From Angustibacter luteus (GTDB lineage Bacteria > Actinomycetota > Actinomycetes > Actinomycetales > Angustibacteraceae): a stretch of DNA of 64,000 nucleotides. The notes beneath the pieces are model-generated. The model did not search any database, was not told where the DNA came from, and saw nothing but the letters and a program-made list of their open reading frames with translations. Position numbers and translations under genes: made by a program. The stretch lies in NCBI RefSeq assembly GCF_039541115.1, contig NZ_BAABFP010000007.1, positions 558,001-622,000 of the forward strand. Direction: 5' to 3'. This document shows positions 33,589 to 43,896 of the stretch, one piece after another. The first letter of the stretch is position 1. Every line of letters starts with the position of its first letter.

Positions 33589-34800
33589 ATGAGCCCCCGA
33601 CCGACTCCCGACCCGATGAAGGTCGCCCTGGCGCGCGGCACCCTGAGCCGTCGCACCCTGCTCAGCTCGGTCGGTGCCTTCGGGATGGCCACGGCCCTGG
33701 CCTCCTGCGGCACCAAGGGCACGGCCACCAAGACGGCGCCGAGCGACCAGGCCGCGAAGGACCTCTCCGACACCGAGAAGATCGTGCGCTGGTCCAACTG
33801 GCCCGAGTACATCGACGTGGACGACAAGACGCAGAAGCACCCGACGCTGGACGCCTTCGAGAAGCAGACCGGCATCAAGGTCACCTACGCCGAGGACTAC
33901 AACGACAACGACGAGTTCTTCGCCAAGGTCAAGCCGCAGCTGCAGGCCGGGCAGGACACCGGCCGCGACACCTGGTGCAGCACCGACTGGATGGTCGCCC
34001 GGCTGATCCGGCTCAACTGGGTGCAGAAGCTCGACAAGGCGAACATCCCCAACGCCAAGAACCTCGAGACCGCCCTCACCCAGGTCGAGTTCGACCCGGG
34101 CCGCCAGTACTCGCTGCCGTGGCAGAGCGGCTTCACCGGCATCGCCTACAACCCCAAGGCGACCGACGGCAAGAAGATCGAGAGCATCGACCAGCTGCTC
34201 ACCGACCCGGCGCTCAAGGGCAAGGTCACCCTGCTCACCGAGATGCGCGACACGGTCGGCCTCGTGCTGCTGGCGATGGGCAAGGACCCGGCCAAGTTCA
34301 CCGACGCCGACTTCCAGGCCGCGATCGACGAGATCAAGAAGGCCAAGGACGCCGGGCAGCTGCGCGGGTTCACCGGCAACGAGTACGGCAAGCCGCTGGC
34401 CGCCGGCGACATCGCCGCCTGCATCGCCTGGACGGGCGACGTCGTCCAGCTCCAGGCCGACAACCCGGCCCTCGGCTACGTCCTGCCCTCGACGGGTCAC
34501 ATGATCTGGTCGGACAACTTCGTGATCCCGAACAAGGCGGGCCACAAGAAGAACGCCGAGGCGCTCATCAACTACTACTACGACCCCAAGGTGATGGCGG
34601 CGGTCGAGGACTACGTGAACTACATCTCGCCGGTGAAGGGGTCGAAGGAGGTCCTGCTCGCCGAGGACCCGAGCGTGGCCAACAACCCGCTGATCTTCCC
34701 CAGCGACGCCGTCCTCGCGCAGTCGCACGTGTTCCGCGGCCTCACCGAGGCCGAGGAGACCAAGTACAACCAAGAGTTCCAGGCACTGATCGGGGCATGA
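33589..34800 (+). CDS. Polyamine ABC substrate-binding Tat-lipoprotein (PotD-like)
   Basis: SRRTLL, LASC lipobox, SNWPEYID, AWTGD, WSDN. Confidence 0.9.
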   Translation: MSPRPTPDPMKVALARGTLSRRTLLSSVGAFGMATALASCGTKGTATKTAPSDQAAKDLSDTEKIVRWSNWPEYIDVDDKTQKHPTLDAFEKQTGIKVTYAEDYNDNDEFFAKVKPQLQAGQDTGRDTWCSTDWMVARLIRLNWVQKLDKANIPNAKNLETALTQVEFDPGRQYSLPWQSGFTGIAYNPKATDGKKIESIDQLLTDPALKGKVTLLTEMRDTVGLVLLAMGKDPAKFTDADFQAAIDEIKKAKDAGQLRGFTGNEYGKPLAAGDIAACIAWTGDVVQLQADNPALGYVLPSTGHMIWSDNFVIPNKAGHKKNAEALINYYYDPKVMAAVEDYVNYISPVKGSKEVLLAEDPSVANNPLIFPSDAVLAQSHVFRGLTEAEETKYNQEFQALIGA

Positions 34801-35957
34801 CGATGGCACAGATCAAGGACGACCCCGGTGGGGACCTGACGCTGCACTCGCTGACCAAGACGTTCGGGGACTTCGTCGCCGTCGACGACCTCGACCTGAC
34901 GATCCCGCAGGGCTCGTTCTTCGCCCTGCTCGGCCCGTCCGGCTGCGGAAAGACGACGACGTTGCGCATGGTGGCCGGGCTCGAGCGCCCCACGGCCGGC
35001 ACGATCAAGATCGGCGACCAGGACGTCACGGAGGCTCGGCCCTACCAGCGCCCGGTCAACACCGTGTTCCAGAGCTACGCGCTCTTCCCGCACCTGAACA
35101 TCGTGGAGAACGTGGAGTTCGGGCTGCGTCGGCGCAACAAGAAGAACACCCGGGCCACCGCGATGGAGGCGCTCGAGCTCGTCCAGCTCGCGCACCTGGC
35201 CCTGCGCAAGCCCGGTCAGCTCTCCGGCGGGCAGCAGCAGCGCATCGCGCTGGCCCGCGCCATCGTCAACCGTCCGTCCGTGCTGCTGCTGGACGAGCCG
35301 CTCGGCGCGCTCGACCTCAAGCTGCGCCGGCAGATGCAGATCGAGCTGAAGCGCATCCAGCTCGAGGTCGGCCTGACGTTCGTGCACGTCACCCACGACC
35401 AGGAGGAGGCCATGACCATGGCCGACACCATCGCGGTGATGAACGCGGGTGTGATCGAGCAGCTCGGCGACCCGGCGACCCTGTACGAGCGTCCCAGCAC
35501 CACCTTCGTGGCCAACTTCCTCGGCCAGTCGAACCTGTTGCCCGGGAAGGTGTCCGGGTCCGACGGCGAGAACCTGGTGATCGACGTCCAGGGGGCGCAG
35601 CTGGCGCTGCCGAAGGACCGCAGCGCGACGACCACGGGCGACGTGTGGTTCGGCGTGCGGCCCGAGAAGCTGGTGATCTGCGACGACTCGACGGCCGTCG
35701 CCGGCAACCGGATCTCCGGCACGGTCACCGACGCGTCCTTCACCGGCGTCTCGACCCAGTACCTGGTCAAGCTCGGGTGGGGGCAGGAGATCACCGTCGT
35801 CCAGCAGAACGACGGGACGCCGCCGCTGCGACCCGGTGGCGAGGTCACCGTGCAGTGGGCCCCGCAGCACGGGTTCGCGCTGGATGCCGCGCAGGACGCG
35901 CACGCCGGTGAGGAACGCGAGACCGGCGACGCCGTCCTGGCGGGCACCTCGTCATGA
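34797..35957 (+). CDS. Polyamine ABC ATPase (PotA-like)
   Basis: GPSGCGKTT, LSGGQQQR, LLLDEPL; C-terminal TOBE region. Confidence 0.93.
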   Translation: MTMAQIKDDPGGDLTLHSLTKTFGDFVAVDDLDLTIPQGSFFALLGPSGCGKTTTLRMVAGLERPTAGTIKIGDQDVTEARPYQRPVNTVFQSYALFPHLNIVENVEFGLRRRNKKNTRATAMEALELVQLAHLALRKPGQLSGGQQQRIALARAIVNRPSVLLLDEPLGALDLKLRRQMQIELKRIQLEVGLTFVHVTHDQEEAMTMADTIAVMNAGVIEQLGDPATLYERPSTTFVANFLGQSNLLPGKVSGSDGENLVIDVQGAQLALPKDRSATTTGDVWFGVRPEKLVICDDSTAVAGNRISGTVTDASFTGVSTQYLVKLGWGQEITVVQQNDGTPPLRPGGEVTVQWAPQHGFALDAAQDAHAGEERETGDAVLAGTSS

Positions 35958-36901
35958 GTGCCGTCGCCCACGGCGGTGCGACGACGTCCGTCGCACCCGG
36001 TGCCGGCGGGCCGCCGCCGGACGCTGCGGCCGAGAAGACCGGACGTCGGTGGACGCCGTACCTGCTGCTGCTGCCCGGGATGCTCTGGCTGGCGATCTTC
36101 TTCGCCGTCCCGATGGTGTTCCTGGCCTCGACGTCCCTGCAGACCGGGTCGCTGGAACAGGGCTACGTGCTCACCTTCCACTTCCAGACCTACGTGGACG
36201 CGCTGCAGAGCTACTGGCCGCAGTTCCTGCGCTCGTTCGGCTACGCGGCGACCGCCACCATCGCCGGTGCGCTGATCGGCTACCCGCTGGCCTACGCGAT
36301 CGCGTTCAAGTCCGGCAAGTGGAAGAACTTCCTGCTGGTGCTGGTGATCGCGCCGTTCTTCACCAGCTTCCTGATCCGCACCCTGGCCTGGCAGACGATC
36401 CTGTCCAACAGCAGCCCGGTCGTGAAGTTCTTCCAGGTCACCGGGCTGATGGACGTGCTGCAGTTCCTCGGGCTGACCAGCAACGACCAGCTGATGGCGT
36501 CGAAGTTCGCGGTCATCGCTGGCCTGACGTACAACTTCCTGCCGTTCATGGTGCTGCCGCTCTACGCCAGCCTGGAACGCCTCGACCCGCGCCTGCTCGA
36601 GGCGGCGGGGGACCTGTACGCCTCGCCGTTCACCGGGTTCCGCAAGATCACGTTCCCGCTCTCGCTGCCGGGCCTGGTGGCCGGCACGCTGCTGACGTTC
36701 ATCCCGGCGGCCGGCGACTACATCAACTCGAAGCTGTTGGGGAGCACGAACACCACCATGATCGGCCAAGTCATCGACGGGCAGTTCCTGCGGGTGCTCG
36801 ACTACCCGACCGCCGCCGCGCTGTCGTTCGTCCTGATGTTGTCGATCGTGCTGCTGGTGTCGATCTACGTACGCCGAGCCGGGACGGAGGAGCTGGTCTG
36901 A
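35954..36901 (+). CDS. Polyamine ABC permease (PotB-like)
   Basis: 6 TM; EAA loop LLEAAGDLYAS. Confidence 0.9.
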   Translation: MSAVAHGGATTSVAPGAGGPPPDAAAEKTGRRWTPYLLLLPGMLWLAIFFAVPMVFLASTSLQTGSLEQGYVLTFHFQTYVDALQSYWPQFLRSFGYAATATIAGALIGYPLAYAIAFKSGKWKNFLLVLVIAPFFTSFLIRTLAWQTILSNSSPVVKFFQVTGLMDVLQFLGLTSNDQLMASKFAVIAGLTYNFLPFMVLPLYASLERLDPRLLEAAGDLYASPFTGFRKITFPLSLPGLVAGTLLTFIPAAGDYINSKLLGSTNTTMIGQVIDGQFLRVLDYPTAAALSFVLMLSIVLLVSIYVRRAGTEELV

Positions 36902-37791
36902 TGGACCCTCTCATGACGCTCCTGATGGTCGTCCTGATCGTCGCCAACGTCGTCGTCCTCGCGGCGCTGCTGATCCGCGCGTCGATGCGCGGCCAGGGCC
37001 CCGTCTCCTGGCTGCGCGAGCACGTCATCGCGCTCATCGCCGCGCTGGTGTTCCAGTACATGCTGCTGCCCAACGTCGTGGTGATCCTGTTCTCCTTCAA
37101 CAAGCCGAACGGGCGCTTCAACTACGAGTGGACGAAGTTCTCGGTCGACGCGTGGCTGCACCCGTGCGCCGCGCCGGGCATGTGCCAGTCCCTCGCGCTG
37201 AGCCTGCGGATCGGTCTGCTCGCCACGATCGGGGCGACCGTGCTCGGCACCCTCGTGGCGTTCGCCCTGGCGCGGCACCGGTTCCGTGGCCGGTCCGGCA
37301 CGAACCTGCTGATCTTCCTGCCGATGGCCACGCCCGAGGTGGTCATGGGTTCCAGCCTGCTGACGCTGTTCGTCGGGCTGGGCCTGCCGCTGGGGACCAA
37401 CACGATCCTGATCGCGCACATCATGTTCTGCATGTCGTTCGTGGTGGTGACCGTCAAGGCTCGGATCTCCGGCCTGGACGCGCGCCTGGAGCAGGCCGCC
37501 ATGGACCTGTACGCCAACGAGCGGCAGACCTTCATGCGGGTCACGCTGCCGCTGGTGGCGCCGGGCATCGCCGCTGCGGCGCTGCTGTCGTTCTCGCTGT
37601 CGTTCGACGACTACATCATCACGAACTTCAACGCGAGCTCGTCGTCGGTCACCTTCCCGATGTTCATCTGGGGCGCGGCCAGCCGCGGGACGCCGGTGCA
37701 GATCAACGTGATCGGCACCATGATGTTCGTGCTGGCCCTGGCCGCGGTCGGGGGCGCTCAGCTGGTGAGCGGGCGCCGCAAGCGGGCATGA
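36901..37791 (+). CDS. Polyamine ABC permease (PotC-like)
   Basis: LEQAAMDLYA, SLSFDDY. Confidence 0.9.
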   Translation: MDPLMTLLMVVLIVANVVVLAALLIRASMRGQGPVSWLREHVIALIAALVFQYMLLPNVVVILFSFNKPNGRFNYEWTKFSVDAWLHPCAAPGMCQSLALSLRIGLLATIGATVLGTLVAFALARHRFRGRSGTNLLIFLPMATPEVVMGSSLLTLFVGLGLPLGTNTILIAHIMFCMSFVVVTVKARISGLDARLEQAAMDLYANERQTFMRVTLPLVAPGIAAAALLSFSLSFDDYIITNFNASSSSVTFPMFIWGAASRGTPVQINVIGTMMFVLALAAVGGAQLVSGRRKRA

Positions 37792-39182
37792 GCGGCGTCC
37801 GGCTCGCAGGCGCGTCGTCCACGCCGTTCTGGTTGGACCACGACCGTCGACCGGCAGCTCGACCGCCGGTCGACGGCGAGGTGCGGGCCGACCTGGTCGT
37901 CGTCGGTGGCGGCCTGACCGGGCTGTGGGCCGCGCTGCTCGCACTGGAGGAGCAGCCGGGCCGCGACGTCCTGGTGCTGGACGGGTACCGGCTGGGTTGG
38001 GCGGCGTCCGGGCGCAACGGCGGCTTCTGCGCGGCGTCCCTCACCCACGGGATCTCCAACGGCACGGAGCGGTGGCCGGACGAGATGGCGACGCTGACCC
38101 GGCTGGGCCTGGAGAACCTCGACGGCATCGAGCAGGCGATAGTGCGGTACGGCATCGACTGCGGCTTCGCGCGCACCGGCGAGCTGGACGTCGCGGTCGA
38201 GCCCTGGCAGCTCGAGGGCCTGGCCGAGGAGCACGAGGCCGCGCGGTCGCTCGGGTTGGACTCCCACCTGCTGGACGCCGGGCAGACTCGTGCGCTGGTC
38301 GACTCGCCCACGTACCTGGGCGGACGCCTGGAGCGGGCCAGCGTCGCGCTGGTCGACCCGGCTCGGCTGGTCTGGGGCCTCGCGGCGGCCGTCGAGGGTC
38401 TGGGCGGTCGGATCCGGGAGTCCACCCGGGTGCTGGACCTGCACGACCTCGGGCCGCAGGGCGTTGTGGTGCGTACCGCGTCGGGCAGCGTCCGGGCGAA
38501 CCAGGTCGTGCTGGGCACCAACGTCTTCCCATCCCCGGTGCGCCGTTACCGGCCCTACGTCGTCCCGGTCTGGGACCACGTGCTCGTCACCGAACCGCTG
38601 GACGCGTCCGCCCTGGCCGCCCTGGGCTGGTCGGGCCGGATGGGCGTCGGGGACGCCGGGAACCAGTTCCACTACTACCGGCTGACGGACGACGACCGGC
38701 TGCTCTTCGGCGGGTACGACGCGCTGTACTACTTCGGCAGCGACCTGGGCGCGCGCCGCGCGCGCAGCGACCGGACCGAGGCGATCCTGGCCGAGCACCT
38801 GGTGGAGACCTTCCCGGCGCTGGACGGCGTCCAGGTCACCCACACCTGGGGCGGGGCGATCGACACGTGTACCCGGTTCTGCGCGTTCTGGGGCCTGACC
38901 CACGGCGGTCGGGTCGCGGCGGTGCAGGGGTACACGGGCCTCGGCGTGGGAGCCAGCCGGTTCGGGGCGCAGGTCTGCCTGGACCTGCTCGCCGGCCGGG
39001 ACAACGAGCGCACCGCGCTGGAGATGGTGCGTCGCAAGCCCCTGCCGTTCCCGCCCGAGCCGTTCCGGTGGACCGGCATCCAGCTCACCCGCAAGGCCAT
39101 CGCGCGGGCCGACCAGCGGGACGGCCGGCGCGGCGTCTGGCTGCGCACGCTCGACCGGTTCGGTCTCGGCTTCGACTCCTGA
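37788..39182 (+). CDS. FAD-dependent amine oxidoreductase (PuuB/DadA-like, copy 2)
   Basis: VVGGGLTGLWAA, AASGRNGGF, GYTGLGVG. Confidence 0.88.
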   Translation: MSGVRLAGASSTPFWLDHDRRPAARPPVDGEVRADLVVVGGGLTGLWAALLALEEQPGRDVLVLDGYRLGWAASGRNGGFCAASLTHGISNGTERWPDEMATLTRLGLENLDGIEQAIVRYGIDCGFARTGELDVAVEPWQLEGLAEEHEAARSLGLDSHLLDAGQTRALVDSPTYLGGRLERASVALVDPARLVWGLAAAVEGLGGRIRESTRVLDLHDLGPQGVVVRTASGSVRANQVVLGTNVFPSPVRRYRPYVVPVWDHVLVTEPLDASALAALGWSGRMGVGDAGNQFHYYRLTDDDRLLFGGYDALYYFGSDLGARRARSDRTEAILAEHLVETFPALDGVQVTHTWGGAIDTCTRFCAFWGLTHGGRVAAVQGYTGLGVGASRFGAQVCLDLLAGRDNERTALEMVRRKPLPFPPEPFRWTGIQLTRKAIARADQRDGRRGVWLRTLDRFGLGFDS

Positions 39183-39285
39183 CCCAGGTGGGCACCGCCA
39201 CCCTTGACAGGGTGCGCGCCAACCGCCGGGATCCGACAACAGGGTGTCAGCCGTGTCGGGGACGTTGAGCCCGCAGACTTACCGC

Positions 39286-40779
39286 ATGACGACTCGGATC
39301 ACGCACTGGATCGACGGCAAGCCCTTCGGCGGGACCACCGAACGCAGTGGGGACGTCTTCGACCCCGCGACGGGCCAGGTCACCGGTGCGGTCGACCTCG
39401 CGGACGACGCCACGGTGGATCTCGCCGTCGCCAGCGCGAGCGTGGCGGCCGAGGCGTGGGGGCAGTCGTCCCTGGCTACTCGCTCCCGGGTGCTCTTCCG
39501 GTTCCGCCAGCTGCTCGAGGAACGCTCGGCTGACGTCGCCGCGCTCATCACGGCCGAGCACGGCAAGGTGCTCTCGGACGCGGCCGGTGAGGTCCAGCGC
39601 GGCCTCGAGGTCGTCGAGTTCGCCTGCGGCGTCCCGCACCTGCTCAAGGGCGGGTTCAGCGAGAACGTCTCGACGAAGGTGGACGTCTACTCGATCCGGC
39701 AGTCCCTCGGCGTCGTCGCGGTGATCTCGCCCTTCAACTTCCCGGCCATGGTGCCGCTGTGGTTCGTGCCGGTGGCGATCGCCGCCGGCAACGCCGTCGT
39801 GCTCAAGCCCAGCGAGAAGGACCCCTCGGCGTCCCTGCTGCTCGCCGAGCTGTGGGCCGAGGCCGGGCTGCCCGCCGGGGTGTTCACCGTCGTGCACGGC
39901 GACAAGGTCGCGGTCGACCGGCTGCTGGACCACCCGGACGTCGCCGCCGTCTCGTTCGTCGGCTCGACGCCGATCGCTCGCTACGTGTACGAGAAGGGCA
40001 CCCGGGCCGGGAAGCGGGTGCAGGCCCTGGGCGGTGCCAAGAACCACATGCTGGTCCTGCCGGACGCCGACCTCGACCTGGCCGCGGACGCCGCGGTGAA
40101 CGCGGGGTTCGGCTCCGCCGGGGAGCGGTGCATGGCCATCTCGGCGCTCGTCGTGGTGGACCAGGTCGCCGACGAGCTGGTGGCGCGCATCGCCGACCGG
40201 GTCGCGACCCTGCGTACCGGTGACGGGCGTCGCGGGTGCGACATGGGCCCGCTGGTCACCGGCCAGCACCGGGACAAGGTGGCGTCCTACGTCCAGGCCG
40301 GTGGCGAGGCCGGCGCCACGGTCGTGGTGGACGGGCGCGAGGGGGAGTTCGACGGTGCGGCAGAAGGGTTCTGGCTCGGTCCGACACTGCTCGACCACGT
40401 GACCCCGCAGATGTCCGTCTACACCGATGAGATCTTCGGGCCGGTGCTGTCCGTCGTCCGGGTCGGGTCCTACGACGAGGGACTGGCCCTGATCAACGAC
40501 AACCCGTACGGCAACGGGACGGCGATCTTCACCAACGACGGCGGCGCGGCCCGGCGGTTCCAGAACGAGGTCCAGGTCGGCATGGTCGGGGTGAACGTAC
40601 CGATCCCCGTGCCGGTGGCGCAGTACAGCTTCGGTGGGTGGAAGGACTCGCTGTTCGGTGACTCGCACGCCTACGGCGAGGACGGCGTGCGCTTCTTCAC
40701 CCGCGGCAAGGTCGTCACGTCGCGCTGGCTGGACCCGAGCCACGGCGGGCTCAACCTCGGCTTCCCGCAGAACACCTAG
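39286..40779 (+). CDS. mmsA: CoA-acylating (methyl)malonate-semialdehyde dehydrogenase
   Basis: PFNFPAMVP, ALGGAKNH, GSAGERCMA, GVNVPIPVP. Confidence 0.92.
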   Translation: MTTRITHWIDGKPFGGTTERSGDVFDPATGQVTGAVDLADDATVDLAVASASVAAEAWGQSSLATRSRVLFRFRQLLEERSADVAALITAEHGKVLSDAAGEVQRGLEVVEFACGVPHLLKGGFSENVSTKVDVYSIRQSLGVVAVISPFNFPAMVPLWFVPVAIAAGNAVVLKPSEKDPSASLLLAELWAEAGLPAGVFTVVHGDKVAVDRLLDHPDVAAVSFVGSTPIARYVYEKGTRAGKRVQALGGAKNHMLVLPDADLDLAADAAVNAGFGSAGERCMAISALVVVDQVADELVARIADRVATLRTGDGRRGCDMGPLVTGQHRDKVASYVQAGGEAGATVVVDGREGEFDGAAEGFWLGPTLLDHVTPQMSVYTDEIFGPVLSVVRVGSYDEGLALINDNPYGNGTAIFTNDGGAARRFQNEVQVGMVGVNVPIPVPVAQYSFGGWKDSLFGDSHAYGEDGVRFFTRGKVVTSRWLDPSHGGLNLGFPQNT

Positions 40780-41153
40780 GGAACGGTGGGGTAGCCGGGC
40801 AGCCACGAGCCGTAGCGCAGCAGGTTGCCGTCGGGGTCGACGTACGCGCCCTCGCGCAGCCCGTAGGGCGTGTCCTTCGGCGCGTGGTGGCGTCCTTCGA
40901 TACCGGCCGTCGTCCACTCCTGGTGCAGCGCGTCGGCGTCCGAGACGTACAGGTAGACCATGACGGACGACGCGTCCGGGTCGTGGAACGTCGAGTGCGC
41001 CAGGTGCAGCGCGGCACCGTCCCGGTCCGCGAACCCGTACTCGTCCGGACCTTCGTACGGCGAGGTGCGAAACCCCATGCGGGAGTAAAGATCCAGGGCT
41101 CGGGCCAGGTCGCGCACCGGTAGGATCGAGGCCAGGCCGGTAAAGGTCACCAT
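40776..41153 (-). CDS. VOC/glyoxalase (bleomycin-resistance-like) protein
   Basis: ILPVRDLARAL, TPYGLRE..VDPDGNLL. Confidence 0.85.
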   Translation of the reverse strand: MVTFTGLASILPVRDLARALDLYSRMGFRTSPYEGPDEYGFADRDGAALHLAHSTFHDPDASSVMVYLYVSDADALHQEWTTAGIEGRHHAPKDTPYGLREGAYVDPDGNLLRYGSWLPGYPTVP

Positions 41154-41177
41154 GGTCCCAAGACTAGGCTCTGGCGT

Positions 41178-42209
41178 ATGACGCGCTACGGCCAGCAGTA
41201 CGGGCCAGACTTCACCTTCCTGGGTGTCGACCGCTGCGACCTCGACGACCCCGCCAGCTACGCCGACGCGGACGTCGTGATCGTGGGGGCCCCGTTCGAC
41301 GGGGGGACGTCGCACCGCCCGGGCACCCGGTTCGGACCGCAGGCGATCCGGATGACGGACTACCTGGCCCACGACGGCTCGCGGCCCAGCCTCGCGCTGC
41401 GCACGGACGGCCTCGTCGACCTCAAGGTGGTGGACGCCGGCGACGTCGAGATGTACTCCGGCGACATCGAGGTGGCCCTGCCCGCGCTCGAGGCAGCGGT
41501 CGAGAAGGTCACCCGCGCAGGCGCCATCCCCGTGGTGCTCGGCGGCGACCACTCGATCGCGTTCCCGGACGCGAAGGGCGTGGCGAACGTGCTCGGCCAC
41601 GGCCGGGTGTCGATGATCCACTTCGATGCGCACGCCGACACCGGCGACATCGAGTTCGGTTCGCTGTGGGGGCACGGCCAGCCCATGCGGCGGCTGATCG
41701 AGTCCGGGGCGCTGCGCGGGGACCGGTTCCTGCAGATCGGCCTGCGCGGCTACTGGCCGCCGCCCGCCACGCTGGACTGGATGGCCGAGCAGTCGATGCG
41801 CTCCTACGAGATGACCGAGATTGGCCACCGTGGCCTCGACGTCTGCCTGACCGAGGCGTTCGCGATCGCCACCGACGAGTGCGAGGGCGTCTTCCTGTCG
41901 GTCGACATCGACGTCTGCGACCCCGGGCACGCGCCCGGTACCGGCACCCCCGAGCCCGGCGGGTTGTCCGCCCGGCAGCTGCTGGACGCCGTCCGCCGGA
42001 TCTGCCTGGAGCTGCCGGTCGTCGGGGTGGACGTCGTCGAGGTCAGCCCGCCGTACGACCACGCCGACATCACCGCGGCCCTGGCGAACCGGGTGGTGCT
42101 GGAGTCGCTGTCCGCCATCGCCCGCCGCCGCCAGGACGCCCGGGACGGTACGACCTGGGACCCGAGCCAGCCGCTGCTGGCCAACCGCGGTGGGCCCGGC
42201 GACTCCTGA
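41178..42209 (+). CDS. speB: Agmatinase/ureohydrolase
   Basis: GGDHS, HFDAHAD, SVDIDVCDP..APGTGTPEPGG. Confidence 0.88.
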   Translation: MTRYGQQYGPDFTFLGVDRCDLDDPASYADADVVIVGAPFDGGTSHRPGTRFGPQAIRMTDYLAHDGSRPSLALRTDGLVDLKVVDAGDVEMYSGDIEVALPALEAAVEKVTRAGAIPVVLGGDHSIAFPDAKGVANVLGHGRVSMIHFDAHADTGDIEFGSLWGHGQPMRRLIESGALRGDRFLQIGLRGYWPPPATLDWMAEQSMRSYEMTEIGHRGLDVCLTEAFAIATDECEGVFLSVDIDVCDPGHAPGTGTPEPGGLSARQLLDAVRRICLELPVVGVDVVEVSPPYDHADITAALANRVVLESLSAIARRRQDARDGTTWDPSQPLLANRGGPGDS

Positions 42210-42279
42210 CCGAGGCGGATCCCCACGATCGTCGTGGTCGCGGTCAGGAACTGACCGCTATTGCTTCTAGCGTTGGGGC

Positions 42280-42843
42280 ATGACGCAGAACACGCCCTCA
42301 CCCTTCTCCCCGTCCGACGCCGACGCCGCGCAGCGCGCCGAGCTCGTCGAGGCACTGCGCAAGCACCGCGAGCTGTTCCGGTTCACCGTGCGCGGCCTCA
42401 CCGACGAGCAGGCCCGGCTCACCCCGACGGCCAGCAGCCTCAGCCTCGGCGGTCTGGTCAAGCACGTGAGCGCCGTCGAGCGCCAGTGGGCCAGCTTCGT
42501 CGTCGACGGCCCGGCCCCGGCGCACGTCGACTGGGCCACCGTGGACTGGTCGAACCCGCCGCCGGAGGTGCAGGCGTACGCCGACGGCTTCCGCATGCTC
42601 GACGGCGAGACCCTCGACGGGCTGCTCGCCGCGTACGACGAGGTCGCCCACGCCACGGACGAGCTGGTCGCGGCCGTCGACCTCGACGCCCGCCAGCCGC
42701 TCCCGCAGGCCCCGTGGTTCGAGCCCGGCGCGACCTGGAGCGCGCGCCGGGTGTTCACCCACGTCGTGGCCGAGACCGCGCAGCACGCCGGCCACGCCGA
42801 CATCCTGCGCGAGACCATCGACGGTCAGAAGTCGATGGGCTGA
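42280..42843 (+). CDS. DinB/DUF664-family protein
   Basis: SLGGLVKH, HVVAETAQHAGHADILRE. Confidence 0.88.
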   Translation: MTQNTPSPFSPSDADAAQRAELVEALRKHRELFRFTVRGLTDEQARLTPTASSLSLGGLVKHVSAVERQWASFVVDGPAPAHVDWATVDWSNPPPEVQAYADGFRMLDGETLDGLLAAYDEVAHATDELVAAVDLDARQPLPQAPWFEPGATWSARRVFTHVVAETAQHAGHADILRETIDGQKSMG

Positions 42844-42858
42844 GTCGGCCGCCGCTCA

Positions 42859-43896
42859 TCAACGGCCGAGCAGCTCCGCGCGGTACGACGGCCAGTGCCC
42901 GGCCGGGGTCTCGACGGACTCGGCGGCCAGCACGGCCCGCACGACGGCCCTCGTCGTGCAGTCGGCGGCCGCCGCGAGCAGCTCGTGCAGGGCCGCCGGG
43001 CCGGGCGCCGGACGTCGAGCGGTGGACAACGCGAAGGCCGTGTCACCGTCGAACATGGTGTGCACGGGCGAGATGGCGCGGGCCAGGCCGTCGTGGGCGA
43101 TCCCGGCGACCTTCGCGCAACGGGCCTTGGTCAGGACGGCGTCGGTGGCCACCACGACCAGGGTGGTGGCCAGCGGCTCCGGCGGCAGCAGGGCGCGGCG
43201 CATCGCCTCGACCCGCTCCCGATGCCCTTGCAGCGCAGCCGGCTCCGGCCGTGGCGGCGGTTCGGTCAGCAGGTGCCGGGCGCCCCACAGCTCGCCGGTC
43301 CGCGGGTCGAGCACCGAGCCGACCGCGTTGACCACGACCAGTGCGGCGACCGCCGTCCCGTCGTCGAGCACCTGGCTGGCCGAGCCCACGCCACCCTTGA
43401 GCCCGCCGGCGAGCGCGCCGGTCCCGGCGCCCACGTTGCCCTCCCGCACAGCGAGTCCGCCGGCCTCGGACCAGGCGTCCGCGCAGGCCAGCCGTCCGGA
43501 CTCCGGGCCGGGCCGTGCCCGGACGCCGCCACCGCGGCCGAGGTCGAAGATGACCGCGGCCGGCACGATCGGCACGATGCCGGCGGCCCCCACGGGGTAG
43601 CCGATCCCGGCGTCCTCGAGGGCCGACATCACCCCGTCCGCCGCGCTGAGCCCGTAGGCGCTGCCGCCGGTGAGCAGCAGTGCGTGCACGCTCTCGTTGC
43701 CGTGCAACGGGTTCAGCAGGTCGGTCTCCCGGGTGCCCGGGCCGCCGCCACGGACGTCGACCCCGCCCACGGCGCCGTCCGGGCCGGTGAGCACGACGGT
43801 CGATCCGGTGAGCCACCCGTCACCCGCGTGGGTGGCGTGCCCGACCCGGATCCCCGGGACGTCGACCAGCGAGTCGGTCGCTCCGCTGACCGTCAC
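42859..43896 (-). CDS. P1/S58 (DmpA-like) peptidase
   Basis: GGGPGTRETD, GGSAYGL, HTMFDGDT. Confidence 0.88.
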   Translation of the reverse strand: MTVSGATDSLVDVPGIRVGHATHAGDGWLTGSTVVLTGPDGAVGGVDVRGGGPGTRETDLLNPLHGNESVHALLLTGGSAYGLSAADGVMSALEDAGIGYPVGAAGIVPIVPAAVIFDLGRGGGVRARPGPESGRLACADAWSEAGGLAVREGNVGAGTGALAGGLKGGVGSASQVLDDGTAVAALVVVNAVGSVLDPRTGELWGARHLLTEPPPRPEPAALQGHRERVEAMRRALLPPEPLATTLVVVATDAVLTKARCAKVAGIAHDGLARAISPVHTMFDGDTAFALSTARRPAPGPAALHELLAAAADCTTRAVVRAVLAAESVETPAGHWPSYRAELLGR

